IMG/VR virus record: IMGVR_UViG_3300037346_000419
Coordinates: 1 to 64,000 of that record
Length of the DNA stretch: 64,000 nucleotides
Origin: a virus
Reading direction: 5' to 3' (one strand)
The notes beneath the pieces were generated by a model, which was not told where the DNA came from, searched no databases, and saw nothing but the letters and a program-made list of their open reading frames with translations. The position numbers and the translations under genes are program-made. Of the stretch, positions 1 through 11,469 are shown piece by piece (the first letter of the stretch is position 1; each line of letters starts with the position of its first letter).

Positions 1-3000
1 TTAAAAGATATAGAACCAGTTTATGCTCCTTACAGTAATGAACAAATACAAGCTTTTATTGATAGTAAGATACCTAATAGTAAAGTTAAAGAAGTTGTGT
101 TTCATGATACAGATGTAAAATTTGATAAATTTGAATCTAAAAGAGGAATATATTTTAATTTAAGTACAGATTATGGATTTTCCAATGCTATATATAAAAT
201 TCCAGCAATAATAAATTTAATTAATCCTATTATAGAAGATATGGATAGTTATGGTGGCGAAAATACTAATTTAAAATTTCCAGACAATGATGGTGTTATA
301 GGTACTGACCCTACCAAAAAGTTTTATGGAGAATATATTGTAAAAAATCCTTCCCAAATCACCATTCTAAACACTCCAGAAACAATAAAAGAATTTAAAA
401 AGTTTGTTGGTAAGCAAAGTAATCTAACTCTAGAACAATCTAAAAACATAGATGATTTAAAATCTATAGAAAAAAAGCAACCTCAAGTAAATGTCCAAGA
501 TGTATTAGGTGCTAGACCTTTAAATAAAAATATAGTTGTAACTGACAAACAAAAACAAAATACTGTAGCTTTTGTAAAAGAGTTACAAAAAGATTTAGGT
601 TTTAAACCTGAACTAAAAGATGTAATCACTCATTTAATAAAAACAGCAGGATTAGAAAAAACAGAAGATATGTATAATATGATTGTTGCAAAAATTGCAA
701 CAACTGGTATTGATGTGTCTGATAGTGAATCTGTTTACTCTGCTTTCTTTGGTGTTACTGAAGAGTTTATGAATGACACAGATAACTTTTTTACAGAAGA
801 AGTTATTAAAGAAGATAATAAAAAACAAGAAACTGCTTTACAAAAAAGACCTGTAACTTTACCTAATGATGTAGATTTTAATCCTGGAGAAGATAGAAGA
901 TTAATGGATAGTAGTTTAAGATTAGCTTTTAACAAACAAGATGCTGTTAGAATTTCTGATACACAGTGGGAAGTTAAAAGAAACTTAAAAGATTCAAATG
1001 AAGACCATTATGTAAAAAATGATTTTATATTAGATTCTGAATTTTTACATAGCATAGAAGAAGAATCTAAACAAAATCCTGAAGTTTTAAGAGCTGTTCA
1101 ATATGATGATACTGATGGCCCATTTAAAAGAGTTAGAGAAAATCAAACTTCAGTAAATTTAGAAATCAATTCAAGTGGAGAAGTTAAGAAAATTTCTATA
1201 CCTGTAAATAAAGGAGAAACTATTGTAACTTGGGGTCAAGCTAAAGAAGCTGCTAAAAAAGTTTTAACAGAACAAGAATATACTGCTTGGTTTAATCAAT
1301 ATGTACCTGTAGCTATAGTTTATCAAGGTAAAAAATCCACTTCTCTTGTAAAGATTAGTATGATGCATGATAAGCATTACTTTTCTGAAGAAGCAAACAA
1401 CTTAAATGAATCAGACCCAGCTTTATTAGAACAAGTAAGGATGGCAGCTATTATTGAAATTTCTGAATTTAGAAATAGATTAGCTGTTAATAAGAATTTA
1501 AATGTTAGATTATCTGCAAGAGAATTTGGACAAATTCATAAAAATCCAAGTACTGTTTCAGTTAATGAAGCTAATCCTCAAAGTCAATTAGCTGTTTTAA
1601 AAGATGTTGTAGGAGATAAATTAATATTTGAAACTTCAGATAAAGTTGAATTTGATAGTAGTAGTATTTTAAATTTAAAGCCAGGCATCTATACTAAAGT
1701 TAATGCTAAAGGAGAAGTAGTTCCTAGAAAAGGTGTTGTAGTTCATATAAATGAAATTATGGTAGATGAAAATGGTAATAAAAAGTATATGGCTTTTATT
1801 ACTTCTACTAATAATCCTTCTAATAATGAGAACTTACCAGAGCAGTTACATGACCATTTAAGTCATGCTGTGGTAGCATCTATCATATTAAACAATAAAA
1901 ACAACGTAGAGCTTCTGAAAAGCTTAGAAGAAAAATACAATTTGACTTTAACTCAAGCTCAAGAAATAGGTAAACAAATTCAAGCTGATAGTAATGTCAA
2001 TATTGAAGTGAATATTGGAGCTTATCTTGGTAAATTTATAAATTTAAGTACAAGTATAGCTGATTTAAGTGAAAACAATTTAAAGAAAGATGGCCAAAAG
2101 TATAAAATAGGTAGAGGTTTTATAATGGATGCTGGGCAAGGCAAATTTCAATTCCAAATTTATGGAGCAGAAAAAACTTCAGATTCTAAAATGGCTTTTA
2201 CTTTAGGAGGAGTAAGTCAATTCCCTACTACAACTTTAAAATACCTAGAAAGCTTTTTAGATAAAGAGACAGGAGCTTTAAGTAAAAACACATTCAATTA
2301 TAATTTAAAAGATGCAGCATCTCAAAAACCTATGAAATTAGTGGGTAAAGATGGTACTTTTAATAATCAAAAATCTGAAAGTTATTCTTCTATAATGAAG
2401 AATTTCTATAAAACAAGAATATTATCACATGAAATAACTACTATTGATGGTAATAAAAAATGGATAACTGATGTTCAACCAATTTTAAAACCTGAAATAA
2501 TAAATGCAAATAATGAAAAAGTAAATTTAAAAATATCTGAAAAAGAAATTACACAAGATGTTCTTGAAAATAATACAGATTTAGAAGTTGTTTACAAAGA
2601 GATGCTTGAACAAGGTATGTCTGAAAAAGCTGCTTTAGAACTTATTGAAACTTTGAAAGCTACAAATGAAAATTATGTTTCAAACAATAGTAATAAATTA
2701 GGGAGTAGATTACAAGTTACAGAAAAATCTAAAGGTGTATTAAAAGATTACAATACAAATAAAATTGAAGGTTTATCAGAGTTACAAGAAAAAGAAATTG
2801 TAGATTTCATTAAACATAACATTCCTGTTGCTATTGAAGATATTAATAATATTACTGCTAAAGAATTAAGAGATAGAATAGTAGAAAAGATTAATAGTAT
2901 AATTAAAGAAGAGATTGAGAAAAAAGAAAGTCAAATAAAAATATTAGAAACTCTACCCTCTGCAACTGTATTCTTAGAACAACAAAATGCAGTCTCAGAG

Positions 3001-6000
3001 AAATTAAAAGCTGTAGATAGTCAAATAGATAAAATGGCAAATTCTGTATTAGAAGAGTTTGGGGCCATATTTAATTTAGACTTAGCACAGGATATTGCAG
3101 AAAATCAAGAAAGCTTTTCAAAAAGCTCTTTGGAAAATGATTTAGTTTTATCTTTTAGTAAAGCTTTACTATTTTCTTTTTATGGTTTTCAGAAAAAAAC
3201 AAATTTTGGAACAACTGTGAAAAACAGTTTTGGTTTACCCACATATCATACTGCTAATGAAGTTAAAACACAACTTTTAGATAAGACAAGTGATATTCCA
3301 AATTCTTGGCCAGCTTTAATGGAAACTTTAAATAATAGCTATCAAATGGCTTATTTTGGACAAGCTAATAATAAGAACATAACAGAAAGAATACATTTGT
3401 ATAAAGACTTAATGGATAAGTTAGAAGCTTTTCCTCAAAATTTAAAGAATGAGATTCTTAGTAAGATGGTTACTAATAAAGTAAGTCTTATAAAAATATT
3501 ATTGAGTCCTGGAAAACAACTCCAAACTGATAGAAAACTGGAAACTTTTTCAAATGGAGAACCTAAATATGCAAGTTATAGTTCTACAATCATTGATGAA
3601 AATTCAAAAAGAGCTGATATAAAACTAAAAGAAAAAATAAAAAAGAATTTTTATGAAGTTTTTGGTGTATTAGATAAAGGACAAATTTCTTTAAATCAAG
3701 AGTACATGACTAATATTATTAGTCAATTAGATACTATCATTAAAAGTCAAGATACAAATCCTGATACTATAATTGATTTATTACATAAAATAGGTTTTAG
3801 TGATATAGAAAAGAACTCTATAAAGTATCTGTTAAACTTACAAGGAATACAAGTAAAGAATAAAACTATAAACATTTTTAGTGATACAAGTGGTTTATTA
3901 GGATTGCTTAGAAAAGAAATGCAGAAAACTTTAGAAGCATCAAAAACAGAAGGTTTCAGTTTAGATAAATCAAATAATCCTTATGAAGAAATAAACAATG
4001 TATTGAAATTTTTAGTAAGTATTGAAATCAATCTTAATAGAAACCTTTTAGGTAGTAGTATATATGTAGGAGACAAAACAGTTTCTACAACTATGCCAAC
4101 TTCTGAATTTTTTGATACTAATAAAAGATTAGCTAATCCAGAAGAAGTTGAAAAATTATTATCTTTACCTTTTCAATCAAGAAACTTCATATTAAAAGCT
4201 TTACTAACTGATGAAGTCTTTAGAGAAAACTTTAATAAGTTATCTTTCCCTTCTTTAGAAGCTTTAGCTGTACACAAAAAAGATTCTTTTGGTGACACTT
4301 CTTATGATAAAATTTCACCTACTGATTCTTTATTAGTTGCTTTAAACTTATATAGTAATACTAGATTTGAAGAATTACAAAATAGTAATTTAAGTGAAGA
4401 TTTTCCTAGTTTAGTATTTAGAATAGGAATGATGCCAAGTTTAACAATAGCTGATAAAGGTAGGACTTTATATCAAACTATACCTCTATTAAACTTTACT
4501 CAAAAAGAAGCTAATTTTGAAAATGATACTTTATCTTTATCTGAAGATGTTTTATCTTTCATGTCTCAACAAACTTTTGAAGCTGAGTTAGCTAATATTT
4601 TAGAAATACAAAAAAACAAAACTAATTACAAAAACTATAATGAAGCATCTCAAATGTTTTACTCTATTAATGATTTCAACATTATTAGTATTGAAATAAA
4701 TGGAAAAAATACAAACATACATGAGATATTACAAAATTTAACAGATGGTTATTTAAGTGAAGATATAAAAGAACAATTAATTGCAAAAGCAAAAGAAAAA
4801 ATTAATAATTATGTTGCTCATGAAACAGATACAAAAATAAAAAAAGATAGTTTTAATGTTGTAAATGGAGAAGTAGTTGAAGCTAAAATATACAACTCAG
4901 AGTCTGATAAACATTTAAGTAATATAAATACAAATTATGTTTCCAGTAAAGTTGGAGAAACTAACTATGATAAGTTAAGAGTTGTTATGGCAGAACACGC
5001 TGTTAATAATTTATTAAATCATTTTTCTACTACTCAGATATATTTAGGTAACTCTGCTTTTTATTCTAAAGTAAAAGTATCAAAAGATATTAAAAAACTT
5101 AATGATATAAGGTACTGGAAAAAGAATATGGAAAAAACAGCAGCTCTTATACAAAAAAGAACTGCAAAACTTATTGCTCCAGGAAATAAAATAGCTGACT
5201 CTGATAACATCAATAGTCAATACTCTACTGAGTTTACTCATATAGCAATAGAAGATGTAGAAAGTATGTCTTCTTTTATAAAAGAGTTAATTGAAAATCA
5301 ATATGGAGTATTAACTACAGAACAAAACTTAGCTTTAGAAGAAATTTCTAGATTAAGAGAAATACTAAATAGTACAGATAACAAAGAAACTATAAAATCT
5401 GTATTAGAGAAAATAAGTAATATAAAAGAAGAACACTTTAGTGAAGTTGCAGATTACTTTAATATAACAGGAACTGATGCTCAAGGTTATGTAACTTGGA
5501 AAGGTTATTTAGAAATGCTTGTAAGACAAAATTTAATTACTGAACAAGAAAGTGAAGATTACACAAAAAAGATAGAAGAAGGAGAATTAAGTGAAAAAGC
5601 TTTAGATAAATTAATGAAACTTAATATGCAGCCTGTTAAACCTGTATATAGTGCTAGTATAATTCAAGGTAATCAATTAGTACCTGTATATATCAAAATG
5701 TCTGAGTTTCCATTGTTTCCTCAATTAACTGCTGGTCTTAAAATTGACAAGATTAGAAAAGTGATGGAAACTATACAAGATGAAAAAAGTAATTCAAAAT
5801 TACATCCTGTAAGAGCTTCTTATCAATCTGCAAATAAAATTGGTTCTGTTGATACTCAATTAACAACAAAAGAATTATATGAATTTGATGGAAATTTAAA
5901 GAATTTAAAGAGTTTAGAAAGTAGTCTAAGTGTTTTACCTATGTCTGGTTACAGAATACAACAAGCTACTCCTAGTAAAGAAGATAAAGCATTTAAAAAA

Positions 6001-9000
6001 GGTAAAGATTCTTATATTACTATGGGGTCACAATTTTTTAAAGTTCTTTTAGGAAACTTTGTAAATAAAATTACAGATAACATATTTCCAAATGTATTTA
6101 GTACTGAGGTATTAGAACTATCAGGAGTAGAAGTAAAAGAAAATCTATCAGGTGAAGACTTAGATAAAATATATTTTAAAATGTATAATATGTTTTCTGA
6201 CTTACTTTCTTTACAATTAGAAACTGAATTAGGTTTAACTGATGTATCTTTTAATGATATGTCTATAGGAGAACAAAATGAAGCTATACAAAAAATAAGT
6301 AAGATATTAACAAAAGAAATAAATGAAAGAAATTATCCAAAGTACTTAAAAAATTCTATAGCTTTAATTGAAGAAAACAATAGAGCTTTTATGGAAGGTA
6401 CATTAATGTTTGATAATAACAGACATAAATTTGAATCTTTGTTACAATCTGTAATAGCAAATAAAATTATTAGTCATTCATTACCTGGAAATGCTCATAT
6501 CTCAGCTTCTTCTGAAGGCTTTGAAGCTATTAAGGATATGGATAGTTTAGATGAAGTAACTAAATCTAAAATAATTTGGGTTACTGAAATTGATGGAGAA
6601 TTAAAAGGAACTTTTGTAAAAGATAATAATGGTAAAGACCAAATTCACACTTCACAAGTTTTACTTAAAGCTCATTGGAAATATACAGATGAAAATGGAG
6701 TACTCAAATATGTAGATTTAACAGATGAAAAATATTATACTTTAAATAAAGAGACAGGTAGAAAAATGTTAAATTTAGATATGATTGATAAGGAATTGTT
6801 GGCTATGTTCTCTTTTAGAATACCAACATCTTCTCACCAATCAGGAGCTTTATTAGAAGTAGTAGGATTTTTACCTTCTGATTGTCAAGATTTACTTATA
6901 GTTCCTAAAGAACACACAGTTCAATTAGGAGAAGATTATGATGTGGATAAAAGAAACATTTACAAATTAAATTATTATGTAGATAATGAAGGTAATATTA
7001 AAAAATTAACAAAAGAATACAAAGATGAAGTTTTAAATTCTGAAGAATTATTAACTTGGAAAGAAAAACATGACATATTGTATAGTGAATTAGAAGGATA
7101 TTTAAATGAAGTTAGATTAGGAAAAGATTCTGAAGATTTTAAATCTTATGTTAAAAGTATTAATCACAATATAAAAGAAATGATTTTAACAAAAACTTTT
7201 ATACTATATGATATTTTTAAAAATAAAAAAGATAATAACTCTTTAGAAGAATTTATAGATTCTGTATTTTCAGATAAAATTTTACAAAAAGAATTAGCAG
7301 ACACAAATTCTTTAATTAAAGATTATAAAAATGAACAAGAAGGTGTTAATGAAATTAAAAATTTAATAAGAGATTTGTACACAGCTTTTAATTATGAAAG
7401 AAGTAGAATAGAAGGTGTATCTGAAAAATTTAAAAAGAATTTAGAGGAGAAATTTCAAATCAAACTTTTAGAAAATGCCTTGATTGATTTATATACTTCT
7501 GTTTATTCTACAACGAATTTAGATGTACAAAGAAAAATATTTAAGCCTTTAACTACTGAAGTAGTTGATACTACTGCAAACTTGATTTTTGATAAAGTTT
7601 CTAAAAATAATAATAATGAAAACTTTAGTATGTTTTCAGAGAGTTATCAAAGAGAGTTATTAAAAAATGGAGCTGATGGTCAAATAGCTATTGGAGAGTC
7701 TTCTTTAGCAGTTGTATTTGAAGCCCAACTTCAAAGAAATGAAAACACAATTAAATTAACTGATTTAGAATACAATCAAGAAGGTGTTTTAGTAGATGTA
7801 CCATTTGCAGAAGTAATTGGAACACTTCAAAATAGTAATGATATTGGAAAACATTTAAAAACTATAGATGGTAAAAGAAATGTTAGTGATATTCATGGAG
7901 AAAATCAAAATAACAACACTGATGCAGTAAATAAAGGAAACATGAGTAAGAGAAATGAAAATACTGTTACTCTTAGGGTGTATAACTTTATGGCTCATTT
8001 ACGTTTTGATTTAACACCAGATAGAATTAACACAGGAATAGAAGTAGTTTATGATAAACAAGATGATAATGTAAGCATAGGTAAAGAAGTTAAAGTTACT
8101 TATAATAAAAACTCTGTTAATGCGATTATTTCTAGTCAAAATGAAGATGGTACTTATAATGCTATTATAAATGAACAATTAAGTGTTCCTTCTTTGATGA
8201 TAAGTCAACCAGTTATAAAAGATTATGTTAGATTGATGACTAGTTATAATTCTATAACTGCTAAATATTCTGCTGAAAAACAACAACAAATAATAACTGA
8301 TTTATCTAAAATATATGGTTTTAAAATTGTTAGAAAAGAAGATGGAACAATAGATACTGCTAAGTTTGTTGATGCCTTAACTTATAATGAAGAATCTACA
8401 AATTTAACAGGTAGTCATATGTGGGACACATTAGATAAAAACCAAGCTTTAAAATTCCCTAATTCTCAAGCTACAATTTTACAAAAATTTATTAGAATTG
8501 AAAATAAAGCTTTAGAAATGGCTAGAGTTAGAAAATTGATTAACTTTAGTTCTTCTAAGATGGGTATATCTTATTTTGAAGTATTAGATAAGATAAAAGA
8601 ATTAACTAGATTAGGAAGAAATCATTTATCTCAAATTGAAAATAAAAATGAAATAACAAATCATTCTAAGTTAATTGGAGAAGTAAGTAAAGAACAATTG
8701 CCAGGTTACAAAAAAATAGGCGAATTATATTGGAAACCTACAACTATTGAAGGTACAATGTTAATCAATGCATTATTTGCAACAGAAAAATTATTACCTG
8801 CTTTCTTTCCTTATGAATCTGGAACAATATTTACTATCATAAGTCAAATTACAAATAATGAACAATTACAAGAACCAAAATTAAACTTAAAAGATAATTA
8901 TAAAATTATGACTGAGTTTGTAAATTTTATAAATTCTGATATTGGTGTATTTGAAAATGATATTGAAAATGAAAGAGAAAGATTAATGTATGAAAATAAA

Positions 9001-11442
9001 TCTACAGGTAATGTTCCATTAGGAAGAATTATAAAAGATTTAAAAGCTAATAATCATCCTATTGTATCTACAGATTTCTTTAAAGATTTAGAAATTGAGT
9101 ATGATGTAACTACAGGTATTACAACTATAAAAAGTCCTTCTGTAGAAGAAACCATATTTGACTCTTCAAACAAGTATGATACTTTTTTAAGATTATTTCA
9201 AGATGACACTACAAACTTAGGAGAGTATAATGGTGAAGTATTAACACCTTTCAAGTTAGCTCAAGATTTAGTTTCTTATGCATATTTATCAGATGATAAA
9301 AATGGAGTGTTTGGTTTTAAAAACTTTATACCTGTAGAGTATCTTAAAGAAATAGGAACTACTAAAAAATATAGAGATTTATTAGATAACATAAAAAATC
9401 AATATGATACAGATGAATTAGTTAAAATAGTAGATAATTTTGTTACTCAATATTTTCAACATAATCCAAATAAAGCTTTTGTAATTGAAGCAAAAGAATT
9501 AACAGAATCTACAGAAGATAAAAAAATAATTCCTCAATTTGTATCAGTTAGAAATACTAAAAAAGCAGATGGCTTACATCAATGGGATTTACATAAATAC
9601 AACTACATTGCAAAAAAGTATGAGCAAATTAGTGTGTTAGGAGATTCAAAATCTACAAGAGAATATAACAAAAAAGTGTTTAGTAAAACTTCTTTAATAG
9701 CAAATAACAATGTTAAAAAAGTTACAAGAGAAGTTATAATGTTAAATGGTAATAAGTATATTCAAGTAAATGGTAAAAACACTTTAGTATCAAATATAGA
9801 TAAAAATCTAACTGAAATGGGTATGCAAGAATTTGTTAATTTAGTGAAAACTTCTAAACAAATTTCTGAAGCTAATAGTATTTTATTAGCAGAATACATG
9901 GAATATATTGATAAAGATACAAAAATAGTTTGGGAAGTTCCAAGTGAAAATAGAAATGCTGAGTATAATCATACAACAAATACTATTTCTATGCATCCAT
10001 CTATTTATTCAAATATATTAGCAAGTAATAATAATAATGCTGAAGAAGCTACTCAAACTTTGCATAATATTTTCTTAGAAGAAGTATTACATTCTCTTAC
10101 AGTTGGAAACTTAAAAGAACATATTGAAGTTGATGCTAATAATCAATTTTTAAAATATAAGACTGCTAATCCTCCTATATATGTAACAATGCTTGTAGAT
10201 ATGTTTAATCAAGCTAGAGAAGCTCTTCCTTATGATGAAAACAATGATTATGATACTTACTATTCAAAAAATATATTTGAGTTCATAGCAGGTATGTATA
10301 TAGCTCCTGATTATGTTGAAAAGCTAGAAAAAGCAAATAAAGGCTTCATAGAAAGATTTGCTAGGATGTTGAAAAATATGTTTACTCATTTGTGGAATAA
10401 GTCAGAAAGAGTTTTAGAAAAAAGTTATAAAGATTATTTTCATAGTGCAGTAAAAAGCTTAGTAACAAAAACAGATATGATTTCAGAGATTACACCAGAA
10501 AAAGAGCAAAAAGAAAAACTTAGTGTTTTAGATATAAAAAATGATGATGTAAAAGTTGATGAAGATATAAAAAGAAAAACTTTAATTCAACAAACTGAAC
10601 AACCTAAAAACATAGAAAATATTTATCCACAATTGGGAAATAAAACAGAGTCTGGTAATGTAATTCTTAAATCTGTATATCAACAAGAAGGTGTAACTTA
10701 TGCTAAATCTATTGGTGGTGTGTTTAGTATGAGAGTTAATAATTCTGAAAAACACTTCGGTAATCCTTTTAGTCCTGTACCTGCTGAAATAGCTAAAGGT
10801 CTAATAGCTGTTAAATCTACTAAAGAGGCAGTTGAGAAGTATATTGATTGGGTTTTAGATAAAGGCGGAAATAATTTAACTAAAGTTCAAATTACAACAA
10901 TAGCTAAAAATTTAATAGATAATAATTCTATAAAAGAAGTACTGTATACATTTAAAAACAGAATTGAATATAATGGAAAGCTAACTGGTTATTACTCTTC
11001 TTTAAAAAGTACTAAAGGTAATATTCCTAACTATTTATCAGATAATATTTATTTAACAAAACAAGATATACTTGATATAGAAAATGAATTAATAAATATA
11101 GGCGGAGAATCTGTTGTAGATACTGCTGTTAGTGGTTTTGATAATACCCAAGAACTAGACGATGATGCACAATATGGTAAATTGGGTGCTTTAGAAGAAC
11201 ATTATAAAAGAGCAGATTGGATTAGAGAACAACTTAAATCAGGAGCTTTAAAAGGTAAATCTATTGTTTATTATAAAGAGCTTCAAGAACCTTCTCACGC
11301 AACTGCTTTAGACTATTTAATTAATAAGTATGATTGGAATAAAGAAGCACAAAACAACTCTCAAAGTGAAAAAAACACTTTATTAACCAAAGAAATCACT
11401 CAAGAAGATATTGATAACTTACCAGAGACAGACTGTAAATAA
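1..11442 (+). CDS. Giant virion-packaged RNA polymerase polyprotein (crAss-like vRNAP), 5'-truncated by the window edge
   Basis: Frame 1 is open from base 1 (LKDIEPVY...PNSKVKEVVFH), so the true start is upstream of the window. Catalytic DxDxD motif GEDYDVDK at ~6930-6950, preceded by FRIPTSSHQS. TDAQGY motif at ~5473-5490. More than 3800 aa. Confidence 0.9.
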   Translation, partial: LKDIEPVYAPYSNEQIQAFIDSKIPNSKVKEVVFHDTDVKFDKFESKRGIYFNLSTDYGFSNAIYKIPAIINLINPIIEDMDSYGGENTNLKFPDNDGVIGTDPTKKFYGEYIVKNPSQITILNTPETIKEFKKFVGKQSNLTLEQSKNIDDLKSIEKKQPQVNVQDVLGARPLNKNIVVTDKQKQNTVAFVKELQKDLGFKPELKDVITHLIKTAGLEKTEDMYNMIVAKIATTGIDVSDSESVYSAFFGVTEEFMNDTDNFFTEEVIKEDNKKQETALQKRPVTLPNDVDFNPGEDRRLMDSSLRLAFNKQDAVRISDTQWEVKRNLKDSNEDHYVKNDFILDSEFLHSIEEESKQNPEVLRAVQYDDTDGPFKRVRENQTSVNLEINSSGEVKKISIPVNKGETIVTWGQAKEAAKKVLTEQEYTAWFNQYVPVAIVYQGKKSTSLVKISMMHDKHYFSEEANNLNESDPALLEQVRMAAIIEISEFRNRLAVNKNLNVRLSAREFGQIHKNPSTVSVNEANPQSQLAVLKDVVGDKLIFETSDKVEFDSSSILNLKPGIYTKVNAKGEVVPRKGVVVHINEIMVDENGNKKYMAFITSTNNPSNNENLPEQLHDHLSHAVVASIILNNKNNVELLKSLEEKYNLTLTQAQEIGKQIQADSNVNIEVNIGAYLGKFINLSTSIADLSENNLKKDGQKYKIGRGFIMDAGQGKFQFQIYGAEKTSDSKMAFTLGGVSQFPTTTLKYLESFLDKETGALSKNTFNYNLKDAASQKPMKLVGKDGTFNNQKSESYSSIMKNFYKTRILSHEITTIDGNKKWITDVQPILKPEIINANNEKVNLKISEKEITQDVLENNTDLEVVYKEMLEQGMSEKAALELIETLKATNENYVSNNSNKLGSRLQVTEKSKGVLKDYNTNKIEGLSELQEKEIVDFIKHNIPVAIEDINNITAKELRDRIVEKINSIIKEEIEKKESQIKILETLPSATVFLEQQNAVSEKLKAVDSQIDKMANSVLEEFGAIFNLDLAQDIAENQESFSKSSLENDLVLSFSKALLFSFYGFQKKTNFGTTVKNSFGLPTYHTANEVKTQLLDKTSDIPNSWPALMETLNNSYQMAYFGQANNKNITERIHLYKDLMDKLEAFPQNLKNEILSKMVTNKVSLIKILLSPGKQLQTDRKLETFSNGEPKYASYSSTIIDENSKRADIKLKEKIKKNFYEVFGVLDKGQISLNQEYMTNIISQLDTIIKSQDTNPDTIIDLLHKIGFSDIEKNSIKYLLNLQGIQVKNKTINIFSDTSGLLGLLRKEMQKTLEASKTEGFSLDKSNNPYEEINNVLKFLVSIEINLNRNLLGSSIYVGDKTVSTTMPTSEFFDTNKRLANPEEVEKLLSLPFQSRNFILKALLTDEVFRENFNKLSFPSLEALAVHKKDSFGDTSYDKISPTDSLLVALNLYSNTRFEELQNSNLSEDFPSLVFRIGMMPSLTIADKGRTLYQTIPLLNFTQKEANFENDTLSLSEDVLSFMSQQTFEAELANILEIQKNKTNYKNYNEASQMFYSINDFNIISIEINGKNTNIHEILQNLTDGYLSEDIKEQLIAKAKEKINNYVAHETDTKIKKDSFNVVNGEVVEAKIYNSESDKHLSNINTNYVSSKVGETNYDKLRVVMAEHAVNNLLNHFSTTQIYLGNSAFYSKVKVSKDIKKLNDIRYWKKNMEKTAALIQKRTAKLIAPGNKIADSDNINSQYSTEFTHIAIEDVESMSSFIKELIENQYGVLTTEQNLALEEISRLREILNSTDNKETIKSVLEKISNIKEEHFSEVADYFNITGTDAQGYVTWKGYLEMLVRQNLITEQESEDYTKKIEEGELSEKALDKLMKLNMQPVKPVYSASIIQGNQLVPVYIKMSEFPLFPQLTAGLKIDKIRKVMETIQDEKSNSKLHPVRASYQSANKIGSVDTQLTTKELYEFDGNLKNLKSLESSLSVLPMSGYRIQQATPSKEDKAFKKGKDSYITMGSQFFKVLLGNFVNKITDNIFPNVFSTEVLELSGVEVKENLSGEDLDKIYFKMYNMFSDLLSLQLETELGLTDVSFNDMSIGEQNEAIQKISKILTKEINERNYPKYLKNSIALIEENNRAFMEGTLMFDNNRHKFESLLQSVIANKIISHSLPGNAHISASSEGFEAIKDMDSLDEVTKSKIIWVTEIDGELKGTFVKDNNGKDQIHTSQVLLKAHWKYTDENGVLKYVDLTDEKYYTLNKETGRKMLNLDMIDKELLAMFSFRIPTSSHQSGALLEVVGFLPSDCQDLLIVPKEHTVQLGEDYDVDKRNIYKLNYYVDNEGNIKKLTKEYKDEVLNSEELLTWKEKHDILYSELEGYLNEVRLGKDSEDFKSYVKSINHNIKEMILTKTFILYDIFKNKKDNNSLEEFIDSVFSDKILQKELADTNSLIKDYKNEQEGVNEIKNLIRDLYTAFNYERSRIEGVSEKFKKNLEEKFQIKLLENALIDLYTSVYSTTNLDVQRKIFKPLTTEVVDTTANLIFDKVSKNNNNENFSMFSESYQRELLKNGADGQIAIGESSLAVVFEAQLQRNENTIKLTDLEYNQEGVLVDVPFAEVIGTLQNSNDIGKHLKTIDGKRNVSDIHGENQNNNTDAVNKGNMSKRNENTVTLRVYNFMAHLRFDLTPDRINTGIEVVYDKQDDNVSIGKEVKVTYNKNSVNAIISSQNEDGTYNAIINEQLSVPSLMISQPVIKDYVRLMTSYNSITAKYSAEKQQQIITDLSKIYGFKIVRKEDGTIDTAKFVDALTYNEESTNLTGSHMWDTLDKNQALKFPNSQATILQKFIRIENKALEMARVRKLINFSSSKMGISYFEVLDKIKELTRLGRNHLSQIENKNEITNHSKLIGEVSKEQLPGYKKIGELYWKPTTIEGTMLINALFATEKLLPAFFPYESGTIFTIISQITNNEQLQEPKLNLKDNYKIMTEFVNFINSDIGVFENDIENERERLMYENKSTGNVPLGRIIKDLKANNHPIVSTDFFKDLEIEYDVTTGITTIKSPSVEETIFDSSNKYDTFLRLFQDDTTNLGEYNGEVLTPFKLAQDLVSYAYLSDDKNGVFGFKNFIPVEYLKEIGTTKKYRDLLDNIKNQYDTDELVKIVDNFVTQYFQHNPNKAFVIEAKELTESTEDKKIIPQFVSVRNTKKADGLHQWDLHKYNYIAKKYEQISVLGDSKSTREYNKKVFSKTSLIANNNVKKVTREVIMLNGNKYIQVNGKNTLVSNIDKNLTEMGMQEFVNLVKTSKQISEANSILLAEYMEYIDKDTKIVWEVPSENRNAEYNHTTNTISMHPSIYSNILASNNNNAEEATQTLHNIFLEEVLHSLTVGNLKEHIEVDANNQFLKYKTANPPIYVTMLVDMFNQAREALPYDENNDYDTYYSKNIFEFIAGMYIAPDYVEKLEKANKGFIERFARMLKNMFTHLWNKSERVLEKSYKDYFHSAVKSLVTKTDMISEITPEKEQKEKLSVLDIKNDDVKVDEDIKRKTLIQQTEQPKNIENIYPQLGNKTESGNVILKSVYQQEGVTYAKSIGGVFSMRVNNSEKHFGNPFSPVPAEIAKGLIAVKSTKEAVEKYIDWVLDKGGNNLTKVQITTIAKNLIDNNSIKEVLYTFKNRIEYNGKLTGYYSSLKSTKGNIPNYLSDNIYLTKQDILDIENELINIGGESVVDTAVSGFDNTQELDDDAQYGKLGALEEHYKRADWIREQLKSGALKGKSIVYYKELQEPSHATALDYLINKYDWNKEAQNNSQSEKNTLLTKEITQEDIDNLPETDCK
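5405..5533 (+). repeat. 129-bp repeat, copy 1 (inside vRNAP)
   Basis: Base-by-base identical to the reverse complement of 22900-23028. Confidence 0.97.
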
Positions 11443-11449
11443 TTTGTAC

Positions 11450-11457
11450 TACCTTTG
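11450..11457 (+). promoter_or_regulatory. Bacteroidota-type -7 promoter box (TACCTTTG)
   Basis: Matches the TAnnTTTG consensus in the short gap before the 11470 ATG. Confidence 0.5.
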
Positions 11458-11469
11458 TAAAAGAATAAA

